Positions 17,169 through 27,000 of a stretch of DNA of 48,879 bases are shown here, piece after piece. Location: IMG/VR virus record IMGVR_UViG_3300037484_000165, positions 1 through 48,879 of that record; one strand, given 5' to 3'. The translations under genes were made by a program, and so were the position numbers. The notes below the pieces were generated by a model. That model was not told where the DNA came from and ran no database searches. It was given only the letters and a program-made list of their open reading frames with translations. This DNA comes from a virus. Taxonomy: Duplodnaviria; Caudoviricetes. How positions within the stretch are numbered: position 1 is the first letter of the stretch; each line of letters begins with the position of its first letter.

Positions 17169-17384
17169 CTACCTCCGATCGCGTTGAATTTGAAAGCATC
17201 TCCACCCAAACCTCTCCCCCTCCAACCTGTCCCCGGGCCATTGCGCCGTGCTCAGCGCCTCGCTCAGCCACTCCCTGTCCATCGCAGGCGGATCCGGCCG
17301 CATGGTCGGAATGTCGGCCATGATGCGGGCCAGGGCTTCGGGCGGGATCGGGCGGGAGTCATTTCGCACATAGGTTTCGATCAC
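17169..17384 (-). CDS. Hypothetical protein
   Basis: GTGA overlap with the upstream gene. Confidence 0.5.
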   Translation of the reverse strand: MIETYVRNDSRPIPPEALARIMADIPTMRPDPPAMDREWLSEALSTAQWPGDRLEGERFGWRCFQIQRDRR

Positions 17385-18013
17385 TTGATCCTCCTGAACG
17401 AGAGACACCAGACCCACGGGTTACTTGACCACGGTGCGTGTTTTCGGTTGATGGAGTCCCAAAGCGTCTCAAAACTGTAGCGTGCCGTCTTGCAGACGGA
17501 TGCAACGGCCTGTCCTTTTGGCCCGTAATCACAATAGATAGGCGTGTCACCCAACATCGACCGCTCGACCCCTTCCGCCTTCGCATCCTCTTCGCTGATC
17601 TCCTGCACCCGCTGCACGCGCACGTCCGTGATTTCGAGAGTGATCCGGCTGGCCCAGCGAGGCATGTTAGTCGACGGGCAAATGCGCTTGGAATACCACC
17701 ACGGTACTGAAGCCTCGCCGATACAAACATCCATCCCGTCGGCTTCATAAAAAGCACTACCGGACGCATCCGCGGTTGTTTCCCTGACCCATAACAGGTC
17801 TCCGACGGTACCGTAGGGGCATGACCCCTTCGTTCTTCCGGTGGCAATCAGGTCTATCATCAGTGGGATTTCCGCATGACCGATTCTCACCGGCCGCCGC
17901 GTCTGACTTTTTCGCCCTTCCAGAATTGCCCTCACCATCGGACCGCTGAATATGATCGGATGCTCTTTGGGGATCGGGCGGGAGTCGGGGCGGATTGTGG
18001 GGAGTTCACTCAT
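17381..18013 (-). CDS. ASCH-like domain phage protein
   Basis: [22 protein letters not shown]; [32 protein letters not shown]; WSSNPWVW. Confidence 0.88.
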   Translation of the reverse strand: MSELPTIRPDSRPIPKEHPIIFSGPMVRAILEGRKSQTRRPVRIGHAEIPLMIDLIATGRTKGSCPYGTVGDLLWVRETTADASGSAFYEADGMDVCIGEASVPWWYSKRICPSTNMPRWASRITLEITDVRVQRVQEISEEDAKAEGVERSMLGDTPIYCDYGPKGQAVASVCKTARYSFETLWDSINRKHAPWSSNPWVWCLSFRRIK

Positions 18014-18681
18014 TCGGCACCGCCGATCACCCATATCGCTCTACTGCGCCACTTGTCGCCCGCCTTGTGAATGTCGATCTTGCGGGCCTTGACGCGGATG
18101 AACTCGCTGCACTGGTACGAGAATTGTTTGCTCTCGGCCAGCGTCGGCCACAAATACCAGCCTGGATGACACTCGGTATCGGCAGTGCTGAATACTTCTG
18201 TGCCATAGATCCGATCATCCTGCAGCATCAGGCCGGCAGCTGAGGTCTTGCGCGTGCGGTAGCCGTACACCCAGCTATCCTGACCCGCCACATCCTCAAA
18301 CCCGTCCGTAATGGTGTTCGGCTTGTTGGTCGGATCGAGGATCGTCTTATTCAGGTTCGCGTCTGACAGGTTCGCGCCTGACAGGTTCGCGTCTGACAGG
18401 TCCGCGCGTGACAGGTTCGCGTATGACAGGTTCGCGCCTGACAGGTCCGCGTCTGACAGGTCCGCGCGTGACAGGTTCGCGTCTGACAGGTCCGCGCGTG
18501 ACAGGTTCGCGCCTGACAGGTCCGCGTCTGACAGGTCCGCGCGTGACAGGTTCGCGTCTGACAGGTCCGCGCGTGACTTCACTGCCGCGATGACCGCGTC
18601 CCTCAGATTTTCCGCCTCGTGCTCAAATATGATTGCACCCGTGAATCTGTTCTTGATCTGGAATTTGGTTAGGGTCGTCAA
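18010..18681 (-). CDS. Pentapeptide repeat protein
   Basis: About 15 A(D/N)LSx repeats. Confidence 0.95.
   Translation of the reverse strand: MTTLTKFQIKNRFTGAIIFEHEAENLRDAVIAAVKSRADLSDANLSRADLSDADLSGANLSRADLSDANLSRADLSDADLSGANLSYANLSRADLSDANLSGANLSDANLNKTILDPTNKPNTITDGFEDVAGQDSWVYGYRTRKTSAAGLMLQDDRIYGTEVFSTADTECHPGWYLWPTLAESKQFSYQCSEFIRVKARKIDIHKAGDKWRSRAIWVIGGAE
18351..18576. repeat. 15-bp tandem repeat encoding the pentapeptide repeats
   Basis: Near-identical units TGACAGGT(T/C)CGCG(TC/CC/CG/TA). Confidence 0.9.
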
Positions 18682-18826
18682 TTCGTCCTCCGTTCCGCCT
18701 TATGCCGATTCCGATCCTTGCGCCACTTGTCACCACGCTCGACGCGCTCCGTGGATCTACTTACTCCCGACGATCCGATCTTGCCGGTGCCCCACAGCCT
18801 GCAGCGTTTGGTTGAGAGTCGTGGCA

Positions 18827-18991
18827 TCAGCGCACCGCCAATTTCACGATGAGGGTAGCAACGGCCGCCAGTGTCGCCACCGCGACCACCATCCACGCCA
18901 GCAGCTTGCCCGCCAGCCTCAGACGGCGCCGGAACGCGACCTGCCTCCGGATCCGGTCGATCATGAAATCCACATCTGCTGTCTGCGTCAT
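18827..18991 (-). CDS. Small membrane protein (below the ORF-track size cut-off)
   Basis: Manual translation MTQTADVDFMIDRIRRQVAFRRRLRLAGKLLAWMVVAVATLAAVATLIVKLAVR; RBS AAGGA. Confidence 0.6.
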   Translation of the reverse strand: MTQTADVDFMIDRIRRQVAFRRRLRLAGKLLAWMVVAVATLAAVATLIVKLAVR

Positions 18992-19014
18992 TTCATTCCT
19001 TTTAGCGCAATCGC

Positions 19015-19650
19015 TCAGAATCTAGTGCTGACCCGGTACCCGAAGGGCACCATCCCATCCACAATAGATTTCCAGTGCGCGTACACTTCACTATGTGCAT
19101 CGGGATTTTCCGCCATTTTTCTGGCCGCTTCCTTTTGCAACCATGAAAACGTATCCGCGCTAATCTCGCCGAAACGGTCTTCGTACTGCGGGTAGAGCAT
19201 GTCTTCGAAATCAATCAACTTCATTGGGCTGTCGCCGCTGTGATTCCAGTGGGAAATGAATTCCCACATGATTGCGCCCGTCTGAAATCCGGTGATACCT
19301 CCCTGCCGTTTGTCGTGATCCACAGTCCATGCCCCGGCTATCGCGGCCGCAGCGCAGGCGTGGCAGATCGTGCCGTAATCGTGAATGTAGTCATTGAGAA
19401 GATGGGCGACGAAGGTGGTTAGTTCCGATGGCCCCTGAATCTTCTTGGCCTGCTCGTACCATTCTTTGTGGACGCCGTCCTTTTCTGTGATTGCGCGTCT
19501 GTTTTTATCGGCTTCCAGTTCGGCTTGGGACTTCGCAATCACCGCCTTGGATTCGGCCATAAACCCGGACAATTGCGCCTCGGTCATCATTTCCCCGCCG
19601 ATCTGTTCGACGGCGTTTTCTATGGTCTGTTTTAGATCGTCATCGTTCAT
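19015..19650 (-). CDS. Conserved phage hypothetical protein
   Basis: HDYGTICHA...GGITGFQ...MLYPQYEDRF...HWKSIVDGMVPFGY. Confidence 0.85.
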   Translation of the reverse strand: MNDDDLKQTIENAVEQIGGEMMTEAQLSGFMAESKAVIAKSQAELEADKNRRAITEKDGVHKEWYEQAKKIQGPSELTTFVAHLLNDYIHDYGTICHACAAAAIAGAWTVDHDKRQGGITGFQTGAIMWEFISHWNHSGDSPMKLIDFEDMLYPQYEDRFGEISADTFSWLQKEAARKMAENPDAHSEVYAHWKSIVDGMVPFGYRVSTRF

Positions 19651-19662
19651 CGTCGCTCCGTC

Positions 19663-19998
19663 TCAAGAGATCCTCATTTCTTCGCCAAGAATGTGCACCG
19701 CAAACCGCGTCACTCTGCGCAGCACGTAAATCCTCTGTGCGTCCGAGTGAATGCCCATGCTGGCCAGTTCGATCGCGTTGCTCGCGTCTGCGCAAACGTC
19801 TGACAATGTTTCGCGACTTCTTTGTTGTGTCGCGAGGTCCGCGAGGACAAGATCGAGAATATGTTGAGAAACATTCCGATCGCGCTCCCGAGCCCGGCGT
19901 TCAACGGCATCCTTGAGGGTGTCGGTAACTCTGAACGCGATGCCGTCCAGTTTCTTCGCCCGCAGAAGCTCGCGGGGTTGTTCGCACACCGCTTGCAT
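19663..19998 (-). CDS. Putative RHH/CII-position regulator
   Basis: Directly downstream of the cro-like gene; IAFRVTDTLKDAVERRARERDRNVSQHILDLV. Confidence 0.6.
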   Translation of the reverse strand: MQAVCEQPRELLRAKKLDGIAFRVTDTLKDAVERRARERDRNVSQHILDLVLADLATQQRSRETLSDVCADASNAIELASMGIHSDAQRIYVLRRVTRFAVHILGEEMRIS

Positions 19999-20010
19999 AC
20001 CGGCTCCAGG

Positions 20011-20217
20011 TCAGGCGGTTTCTTCGATAAGAAGCTCTTCCATCGGGACGCCGAGAGCTTCAGCAATCGCCTTGATCGTCCCTGGGTTTCCGTTGATGTC
20101 CCCGTTTTCAATCAGCGAGATGGTCGAAGGATCCTTCCCGATCACTTCTGCGAGCTTGGCTTTCGTCCATCCTCTCAGGACTCGCTCTCGTTGAATGCGT
20201 GCGATGTTGTATTTCAT
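20011..20217 (-). CDS. Cro-like XRE HTH regulator
   Basis: RGWTKAKLAEVIGKDPSTISLIENG; 68 aa; divergent from the repressor. Confidence 0.88.
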   Translation of the reverse strand: MKYNIARIQRERVLRGWTKAKLAEVIGKDPSTISLIENGDINGNPGTIKAIAEALGVPMEELLIEETA

Positions 20218-20224
20218 GACGCTT

Positions 20225-20253
20225 GTTATATCAAGGACTCAAAAACGTGTCAA
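20225..20253 (-). promoter_or_regulatory. Sigma-70 promoter for the cro/early operon
   Basis: TTGACA (20253-20248), 17-nt spacer, TATAAC (20230-20225) with extended TG. Confidence 0.8.
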
Positions 20254-20265
20254 GAGAAATCTTGA
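20250..20265. promoter_or_regulatory. Candidate operator palindrome
   Basis: TCAAGA-GAAA-TCTTGA overlapping both -35 elements. Confidence 0.6.
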
Positions 20266-20291
20266 GTGCTGTTGATTTTTCCTGCTACACT
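20262..20291 (+). promoter_or_regulatory. Sigma-70 promoter for the repressor gene
   Basis: TTGAGT, 18-nt spacer, extended -10 TGc-TACACT. Confidence 0.6.
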
Positions 20292-20300
20292 AGGCAAATC

Positions 20301-20684
20301 ATGGAGATCGGCAAAAGGTTGGCTCAGTTTCGGGACCGCGCTGGATTGACGCAAGAGGCGCTCGCGGCATCGACAGGACTCACGCGGCCGCACATTCAGA
20401 AGCTGGAAAGCAGCGCCCACAGCCCAAGCGTCAACACGCTCGAAGCGCTCTTGCGTGCGTGTGACAGCACACTTGCCGAATTCTTCGAATCGAAAATCCC
20501 CAATGTTTACGCGGATGCGGCGCATGCTGAACTGCATAGGAAATTGCAAGAGATTTTAGAAAGCGGAGACAAGAGCAAAGTCGAATGCATGACGACGGCA
20601 GTCGACACTTTTTATCAGTCGCTCACGAAGCAGAAGAAAAAGAAGGTTGGCACAATAAAGGAGCAAGACCGCCGCTCTGCCTGA
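20301..20684 (+). CDS. CI-like XRE repressor (no S24 peptidase domain visible)
   Basis: MEIGKRLAQFRDRAGLTQEALAASTGLTRPHIQKLESSAHSPSVNTL. Confidence 0.88.
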   Translation: MEIGKRLAQFRDRAGLTQEALAASTGLTRPHIQKLESSAHSPSVNTLEALLRACDSTLAEFFESKIPNVYADAAHAELHRKLQEILESGDKSKVECMTTAVDTFYQSLTKQKKKKVGTIKEQDRRSA

Positions 20685-20863
20685 CCGGCCCCGCGTTTTG
20701 AAATCCCCCCACGGGGCCACAGTCACGGGCTTTTACTGCTGGATCATTGAGGATGGGCTCACGCGCTTGGCGAAGCGCATGAAGATTGACTGGCCGCCGA
20801 AGGAATCGGGGTAATTGAGATCTGAAAGGAAGCGAACGGACCCTTGGATTCTTGGAGACTTCA

Positions 20864-21004
20864 ATGCAATGCCCTCATGCCGCCGAACAGTTTCAGGGCG
20901 GTAAAAAAGAGTTCAAATCCTACGTAACATCGTGCCTCGTCCTCACGGTCCTGGGCCTGATGTCCGTCGCTACAATACTCGTTCTCATCATACGGAGTCT
21001 GTAA
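20864..21004 (+). CDS. Small membrane protein downstream of the repressor
   Basis: RBS GGAG; manual translation MQCPHAAEQFQGGKKEFKSYVTSCLVLTVLGLMSVATILVLIIRSL. Confidence 0.5.
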   Translation: MQCPHAAEQFQGGKKEFKSYVTSCLVLTVLGLMSVATILVLIIRSL

Positions 21005-21024
21005 CCTCCGGCTCCCGCCGGTGT

Positions 21025-21507
21025 TTAGTGCGGATGCGGGAGGCGGAGTCTTTTGGCAAGTCGTTGCAGTCCACTGCTCTTGAGTTGGCTGGCCCTGGCT
21101 TCGCAACGGCCAATAACCAGCCCAATCACGTGCAGCGGTTTCCCCTCCCAGAAGTACAGCCGCACAACCAGGCGCTCCAGATCCGGGAGCGAATCGACCG
21201 CGGCGCCGACCAGCTCCCGAACCTCTGCCTCCTCGAAGTCTCGCTCCATCGTAGAGCTGGAACGCTCCGGGATGTGAGTCTCTGAGCACATATTGGGCAT
21301 GGGAAAATGCTCCCAGCCTGTACCCGCCTCGTGCCAGCGTCTCATGGCGTCCACCATGCGCCGATGGTAGTAGCCCTTGCCTTGGAGGTACGCAACCCAA
21401 CAATCCTGGACAAGATCATCGGGCGTGTAGGTCGTATGCCGGAACCGACGGAGAAAGCGGGCGGCATACGGCCTGCACTTCATGGCGACGGGGTCCGGGG
21501 AGATCAT
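21025..21507 (-). CDS. Sigma-70 family sigma factor (reduced region 2 plus FliA/ECF-like region 4)
   Basis: DDLVQDCWVA...RRMVDAMRR; AVDSLPDLERLVVRLYFWEGKPLHVIGLVIGRCEARASQLKSSGLQRL. Confidence 0.85.
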   Translation of the reverse strand: MISPDPVAMKCRPYAARFLRRFRHTTYTPDDLVQDCWVAYLQGKGYYHRRMVDAMRRWHEAGTGWEHFPMPNMCSETHIPERSSSTMERDFEEAEVRELVGAAVDSLPDLERLVVRLYFWEGKPLHVIGLVIGRCEARASQLKSSGLQRLAKRLRLPHPH

Positions 21508-22115
21508 TTCGACATGAAGCTCCCGGTTGCCGTAACAGTCTCGCCCTCGAACGTCGAGCGCACGGTGTACTCCCAGACCTGATTCGGCTGCAGGCCCGTG
21601 AGCCGGAACGAATGATCGGTGGTCGGCTCCCTGTTCTTGAGCATAGTCTGCGCGAATCCTATGCGCCCGTAACTGATTTCACTATCGGCCGCGATGTTCG
21701 TTTTCCAGGATACCGTCGCGTCTTTCTTGGCGATCATCACCGCGATAGGCGAGTTCACGATGCGCAGATTACCGGGCGGAGCGGGGGCAACATTGACAAT
21801 GCAAGTGACTTCGTTGCTGAATCCCGATTCCAGGCCACCGGTGTTGTGCGCCGTGACCGCGAAGAACCACGCGCCGTTGGCGAGTTTCGGCGTCGTGAAG
21901 GTCGTTACCTTCCCGATGGTAACGGGGGTTCCGTAGGTTCCCGAGGTTGCGCCCCAGTAAATCTTGTACCCCGCCAGATCCGCTTCGGTGTTCGGATCCC
22001 AAGCCAGCGTTACGGTGCCGTCGGGGTTTTGCCAGAGCGCCACGGGTCCGGGGCGTGCAACCGCCGGCAGAGTCGCCAGCAGCGCCAGAAGACAAAATAG
22101 AAATATGCGTTTCAT
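21504..22115 (-). CDS. Exported protein with two fibronectin type III-like domains
   Basis: Signal peptide MKRIFLFCLLALLATLPAVA; VTLAWDPNTEADLAGYKIYWG...ESGFSNEV; second domain ATVSWKT...LTGLQPN. Confidence 0.88.
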   Translation of the reverse strand: MKRIFLFCLLALLATLPAVARPGPVALWQNPDGTVTLAWDPNTEADLAGYKIYWGATSGTYGTPVTIGKVTTFTTPKLANGAWFFAVTAHNTGGLESGFSNEVTCIVNVAPAPPGNLRIVNSPIAVMIAKKDATVSWKTNIAADSEISYGRIGFAQTMLKNREPTTDHSFRLTGLQPNQVWEYTVRSTFEGETVTATGSFMSK

Positions 22116-22117
22116 GT

Positions 22118-22429
22118 TCACCCCCTCGGCTCGAATAGTTGCCGTCCGTCCTCGGGCTTGTCCACTTCCTCATCCACAATTGCCTTGAGGATAGTGAGCG
22201 ACGGTGCCCGGTACTTCGCCCGGTCCTCCGGCGACATGTTGAGGAGTTCGTCGGCACGGCGTCCGGTTCGGACTTTGTGGGTGACAGGAGGCGGTTCACC
22301 GTCCGTCACCAGCCTGCCCGTGCCGCCTGGCATCGGACTCTGACGCGGAGCCTGGATGACACCCCACTGCACAAACCGCCGCTTCAATGCCTCGAAAAAC
22401 TGATCATCTGTCAATTCGCTGAGTTGCAT
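22118..22429 (-). CDS. Hypothetical protein
   Basis: MQLSELTDDQFF with RBS AAGGAG. Confidence 0.65.
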   Translation of the reverse strand: MQLSELTDDQFFEALKRRFVQWGVIQAPRQSPMPGGTGRLVTDGEPPPVTHKVRTGRRADELLNMSPEDRAKYRAPSLTILKAIVDEEVDKPEDGRQLFEPRG

Positions 22430-22431
22430 GA

Positions 22432-22734
22432 TTACTCCTTTGAGAATCGGTAAAGGCCCCAGACGGCGACCCCGCCGCCCGCGAGCCAGCTGATAAAATC
22501 GGTTATTGCTTTGGTGACGGTCTGCCCGAAATACACGTCCACCGGCTCGCGCAGAGTTGCCAGCGCGAACACGGTCAGGGCGCTTACCACGAGCAGGTGG
22601 TACTTGTCGGGGCTGAGCCACAGTTCAACGCGGCGATTCCGGCGCAGCCAGTAGCGATACAGGTTGTAGACGGCCAAAGTCGCAAAACAGGCCGCCGCGA
22701 AGTGGATGATTGCCCGTTCGAGGATGTGCGTCAT
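22432..22734 (-). CDS. Membrane protein (3 TM), lysis region
   Basis: Three hydrophobic segments; coupled to the holin gene. Confidence 0.7.
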   Translation of the reverse strand: MTHILERAIIHFAAACFATLAVYNLYRYWLRRNRRVELWLSPDKYHLLVVSALTVFALATLREPVDVYFGQTVTKAITDFISWLAGGGVAVWGLYRFSKE

Positions 22735-23207
22735 TTAACACCTCCGGTGATCTTTCCAACTATGGGCGACGTTGAACCACGCTTCTCCATCGTGCGCCCG
22801 ATCATCCAAACCCCGACGACGCCCGTCCATGCCCACCAGAACTCGCCGGGCATTTCGATGGACGGCAGTGGTTTGCCGTTGAAAAAGCTGATATAGGGCA
22901 GGATGACGTAATCGAGCAGCATGAAGAGGAGTCCGGCATAGACCACCATGGGCCGCGCCCGCTTGGTGAAGGTGTCGCCCTGGTTCATTTCGGCGACCAT
23001 GATGTCGCGCTGCGCCGATACCAGATTAGCCTCGCGCTTCTCGGCTTCGTTCTGGAGTTCCATCTGCTTCAGCGCGATCTCCTGGGCGTGGTCGTCGATT
23101 TCCTTCTCCATCTGAGCCTTGACAGCCGGGTCCAACTTGAAGCTGCCCATCACGTCTTTGAACAGCTTGCCCAGATTCCCGCCGATGATTTCGCTAAAGA
23201 TGCTCAT
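22731..23207 (-). CDS. Holin (GTA 3TM-type)
   Basis: AEMNQGDTFTKRARP...TM...GVWMIGRTMEK; adjacent to the lysozyme gene. Confidence 0.82.
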   Translation of the reverse strand: MSIFSEIIGGNLGKLFKDVMGSFKLDPAVKAQMEKEIDDHAQEIALKQMELQNEAEKREANLVSAQRDIMVAEMNQGDTFTKRARPMVVYAGLLFMLLDYVILPYISFFNGKPLPSIEMPGEFWWAWTGVVGVWMIGRTMEKRGSTSPIVGKITGGVK

Positions 23208-23633
23208 TTAACCCTCCTCCAGTAATCGTGCGTTCCGCTGCGCCCTCGCAGGCGCATCTTCCCGCGCATATTTGCTGTCGAGCAATTCAACCGCCGCCTT
23301 TGCCCAGTCCTCCGCGCGCACAGCCCTGATCATGTCGTGAAATCCCAGGACTCCATGCACGCCCATTTGATGAATCATATCGATGAAAACTGATTGGCGC
23401 GTCTCGCTCATGCGGCTGAATCCGGGAATGCGCCGAATGGCTTCCGCGATCGCTTCGGCGATGTCGTTGCTCAGTCGAAATTCGGCCTCAGTCAGGCGCA
23501 TGGGAGCGCGTTCCAAGCACCATCCGACACCGATAGTCAGGAGGCCTTTTGTGTCCCTGTATGGTCTCAAAGAGCACCCTTCCTCCTGCTTCAGGCGTTC
23601 CGTGCAGCGGGCGGCGAGGGATTCGATGTCCAT
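23208..23633 (-). CDS. Endolysin, GH24 (T4-type) lysozyme
   Basis: EEGCSLRPYRDTKGLLTIGVG (E-x8-D-x5-T); AAVELLDSKYA...RAQR. Confidence 0.92.
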   Translation of the reverse strand: MDIESLAARCTERLKQEEGCSLRPYRDTKGLLTIGVGWCLERAPMRLTEAEFRLSNDIAEAIAEAIRRIPGFSRMSETRQSVFIDMIHQMGVHGVLGFHDMIRAVRAEDWAKAAVELLDSKYAREDAPARAQRNARLLEEG

Positions 23634-23634
23634 A

Positions 23635-23988
23635 TCAGTCTCCATTCGCCTTGCCGGTCTGCGCCGCGATCTTGAGATCCAGACTGGAAAAGCGGTGGCC
23701 GCATTCCTTCCCGCGGTCCTCACAACGCTGGCTGATCGTATTGAGAATCGTATCCTGGGAATCGAATCGCTTCATGATCGTGCCCTCCATGATATGCAGG
23801 GCCGCCGGGTCCCGGTCGGGATCGATGTGGATTTTCGTATTGTCCTTGTGCCGGATAAACTCATCCTTCAGCGTCGAGTGACTTTTTCGTAGTCCATTCA
23901 GCGACGCCTTGGATGCGCCCCACACGACGCCGAATCCGATCAACATACCCGCGGCCGTTCCGACCGCTGTCCATTCGCCTGGTCCCAT
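23635..23988 (-). CDS. Membrane-anchored protein upstream of the endolysin
   Basis: N-terminal TM segment followed by a helical region. Confidence 0.7.
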   Translation of the reverse strand: MGPGEWTAVGTAAGMLIGFGVVWGASKASLNGLRKSHSTLKDEFIRHKDNTKIHIDPDRDPAALHIMEGTIMKRFDSQDTILNTISQRCEDRGKECGHRFSSLDLKIAAQTGKANGD

Positions 23989-24005
23989 TATTAACTCCGG
24001 GGGGA

Positions 24006-27000
24006 TTAGAATTTCCGTGTCGCCGCCTTCTTCAGTTCCTCAACCGAATCTTTTGGCATTGTCTGTTCGCCTGTCGTTTCTGTTTTCGGTTTGCCTTCCA
24101 TGATGCTGTTCGCCAGTTGCGCCGTCCTGAGACGGATCTGTTCTATCGCCCGGATGGCGTTGCGTTTTTCTTCGGTGTCCATCTCGGTCCCGGCGAATAC
24201 TTCGATTATCTTGTCGAGACCAGCAATCCGGTCCTTCATGGCCGAGATGGTAGGCGACAGCAGCAATTTTGGATGATCCCGCAGGATCCTGTTGGCCTTT
24301 TCGAGTTTCAGATTTTTCATCTGATCCCTGAAACTCATATAGGCGGCTTCGATTTCCCTGCTTTCTTCATAGAAATCGCGGAGCGATTGCGGGTCGGATT
24401 CCACGGGCCGACCGACGAACGCCTTGAGCACGGGAATGTCCGCCGCTTCGATCGGCCGCTTTGGCGTCTTCTCGCCTGTCAGTGCCGCAATCGCCATGTC
24501 GAGCGCGTCGAGCGAATACTTGCCCGTGCCTCCGGTCCAGCCTTGAATCAGGTTTTCGACCTTGGCGGGAGACATTCCAAGCCTCTCACCGATGATCTTC
24601 GCCGTTTCGGCCGTATATTTCCCGTACTGGAGTTCCGGGAGCAGGCCAGTTCTGCTCTGCGGTACAACCTGGCGCTCCTTGAAGAATTGCCAGTTGGTCG
24701 CGTTTTCGATGATGGGCCGCAGGAAAGTGGGCAGAAAGATGCCGTTCGGATCTCCCGATACCGGCGTTGCCGAGTCGATGATGGATCCAACCAGACCTTT
24801 CAGCGCCTTCGGATCCTTCTCGAACACGAAATCGAGAAACCGTTCCACCACGCTCCCGTACAGCATCCCAATCGCAAAGGGCTTCGGTATGCTGATCCAC
24901 CGGATGAAACTGCTCTCATCGCCGACCTTGACGTTCCAGAAGAGATCGCGCCACCATTGGGGCTTCTCTTTGTAGTCCGGATCGTCTTTATTCACCATCC
25001 AGAGTACAATCGATGGTATCGTGACCGCCGCCATCGACTTGAGCGCCGTCCCTACCGGATGCTCCGTGTGAGCCCGGATGAATCGGTCGAGTCCCTGGAT
25101 TCCGGGATTGAAAAAGGCGGTAGCCGATGAGAACTGCTTTAACTCCCTGCTTTGCCCATGTACGCCGAAATCCACCGTCCCCTCGCGGGCCGCGAACATC
25201 GCCTCGATATCGGATTTTCCGTGGCGTTTCGCCGCCTTGTAGATTCCGAGCCGTGTAGCCTCTTCAATCCCGAGGCTGATCTTGCGGGCGTCCGCAACCA
25301 AATTCAGATACCGCCATGCGGAAGGGTCGTTTTTGAGTTCGTCAACTATCTTCTCAAGACCGCCGCGGGATAGTTCGACAAAGGTGCTATGTGCTGCCCC
25401 GGAGCGAAGCCAGTCATAATAAAGGTCACTCCTGCCGATGACATCGGCGATGGCCCCGACCGAATCCACGAACGGCCTGAATCCGGTCGTGCTCTGAATA
25501 TAAGCGTCCACATTGTCCCGGATGAAATTGCGGAGCATGAAATCGGGTGTAAGTGTGGTTCCCGCTCGCAGAAGCGCGGCCGGCGCGGACAGGATCCTTG
25601 TCATCAGGCCCGCCGAAACTTCATTCATGCCCGACATGGCCTCGTAAAGATTCTCCGGCACGTCGATGTAGGCTTTCTTGCCCTTGACGTAACCTTCGAT
25701 GATCCTGCCCTTGGGTTTGTAGGGCGACGGCCGCCATATCTGGCTTTCGGTCGGGACTGTGATCAACTGGACGGTTTCCTTAACAATCCGATCGATGGTG
25801 TTCTCAATCGTCCGGGTCTGCGTCGCTCCCGGTTCTGCTACGGGCGCTTTCGCCGCCGCTTTCTTGATCTGCTCCAGGGCGCTTGCTGCCTCGCCATCGG
25901 TGAAACCGCGAGCCTTCAGGGAGTCTTTGACAATGCCTTCGAGTTTCAACATCGGCGCGGTTGTCGCCGTAGGGGCCGCCCCACCCGCTGTGATGCTCTC
26001 CTTGACCTCCCGCTTCACTTCCTGCGTTTGGCTGCGGAACGTGCGGGTGATGGTGTCGATTTCCTCCGGGCTTACCCTGATGGCATGGACCGGAACGCGC
26101 ACGCGAAAGATTCCAAGATCCCAATAGGGTTGCGGTGCGTCGCTCTCGCCATCTGAAGACAGGCGGCGAACGAGATTGAACACGGTGTTACGTTCAGCAA
26201 CGTCGAGCGTCCGGTAAGTGTTTTTAATGATACTGCCCGCCACGTCCTCGATTTCCAGCTCGCTGCCCCTGATGCGTTTGACTGGGGCGCGGGTTTCCGT
26301 GAAGGGTTTCTTTGCCCTCGGGCCTCCGGTTCCCGCTTCGGTGTGCTCCATCACGCGCTCAAACGGAACGTAATGGGGATTTTCACCCACAATCTGCTGA
26401 TATTGCGCCTCGCTCAGGTTTCCGGAATCCACGAGCGAATGAAGCACCCGCCGCTGGTAGGCATAGAGACGTTCGGCCACGGCATCAAATTGCCCGAGGT
26501 CCGGGTACTTAACCTTGAGTTCAGCAATGACGGCCTGGGCGTCGGCCACCTGTTGCGGGGTGACGATATTCTCTGTCGTCCAGTCGCCTTTCGGTCGCTG
26601 CAAGTCCTCGATCGTTCTTGTGGCGGTAAAGTAATCGTTGAATTCCTGTTCTCTGAGCGCAAGATCCGTTTCTGGGGACAGCCGCTCGTAGTCATCCAGA
26701 ATCGGCTTCAAGCCTTCGCCCGTGAGCTGGATTTTGCCGTCCGCGCCGATCCGGAACGTCTTATCGCGGAGCACGCTGTCTACCTTGCCACCAATCCCAA
26801 GATAACCACGAGACCGCATCCTCAATGATTCTCCCGGTTTGATCGTCACGCCGAGAGCCGCCGCTTTTTCGTCCAGATTCTCGATCGAGGCGAAGCGGTT
26901 GACGACGTTCTGGTAGACGCTTTCCCGTTCTGCGGCGCCGGGCAGGGCCAGGAATCCGCTTTCATCAAACAGACGCTCCCGGATGTCAGTCTTGAATCCC

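Noticed and set aside
18351-18576. CRISPR array
   Set aside because: Contiguous 15-bp coding repeat without spacers; the ELAEAR repeats are also coding and irregularly spaced.
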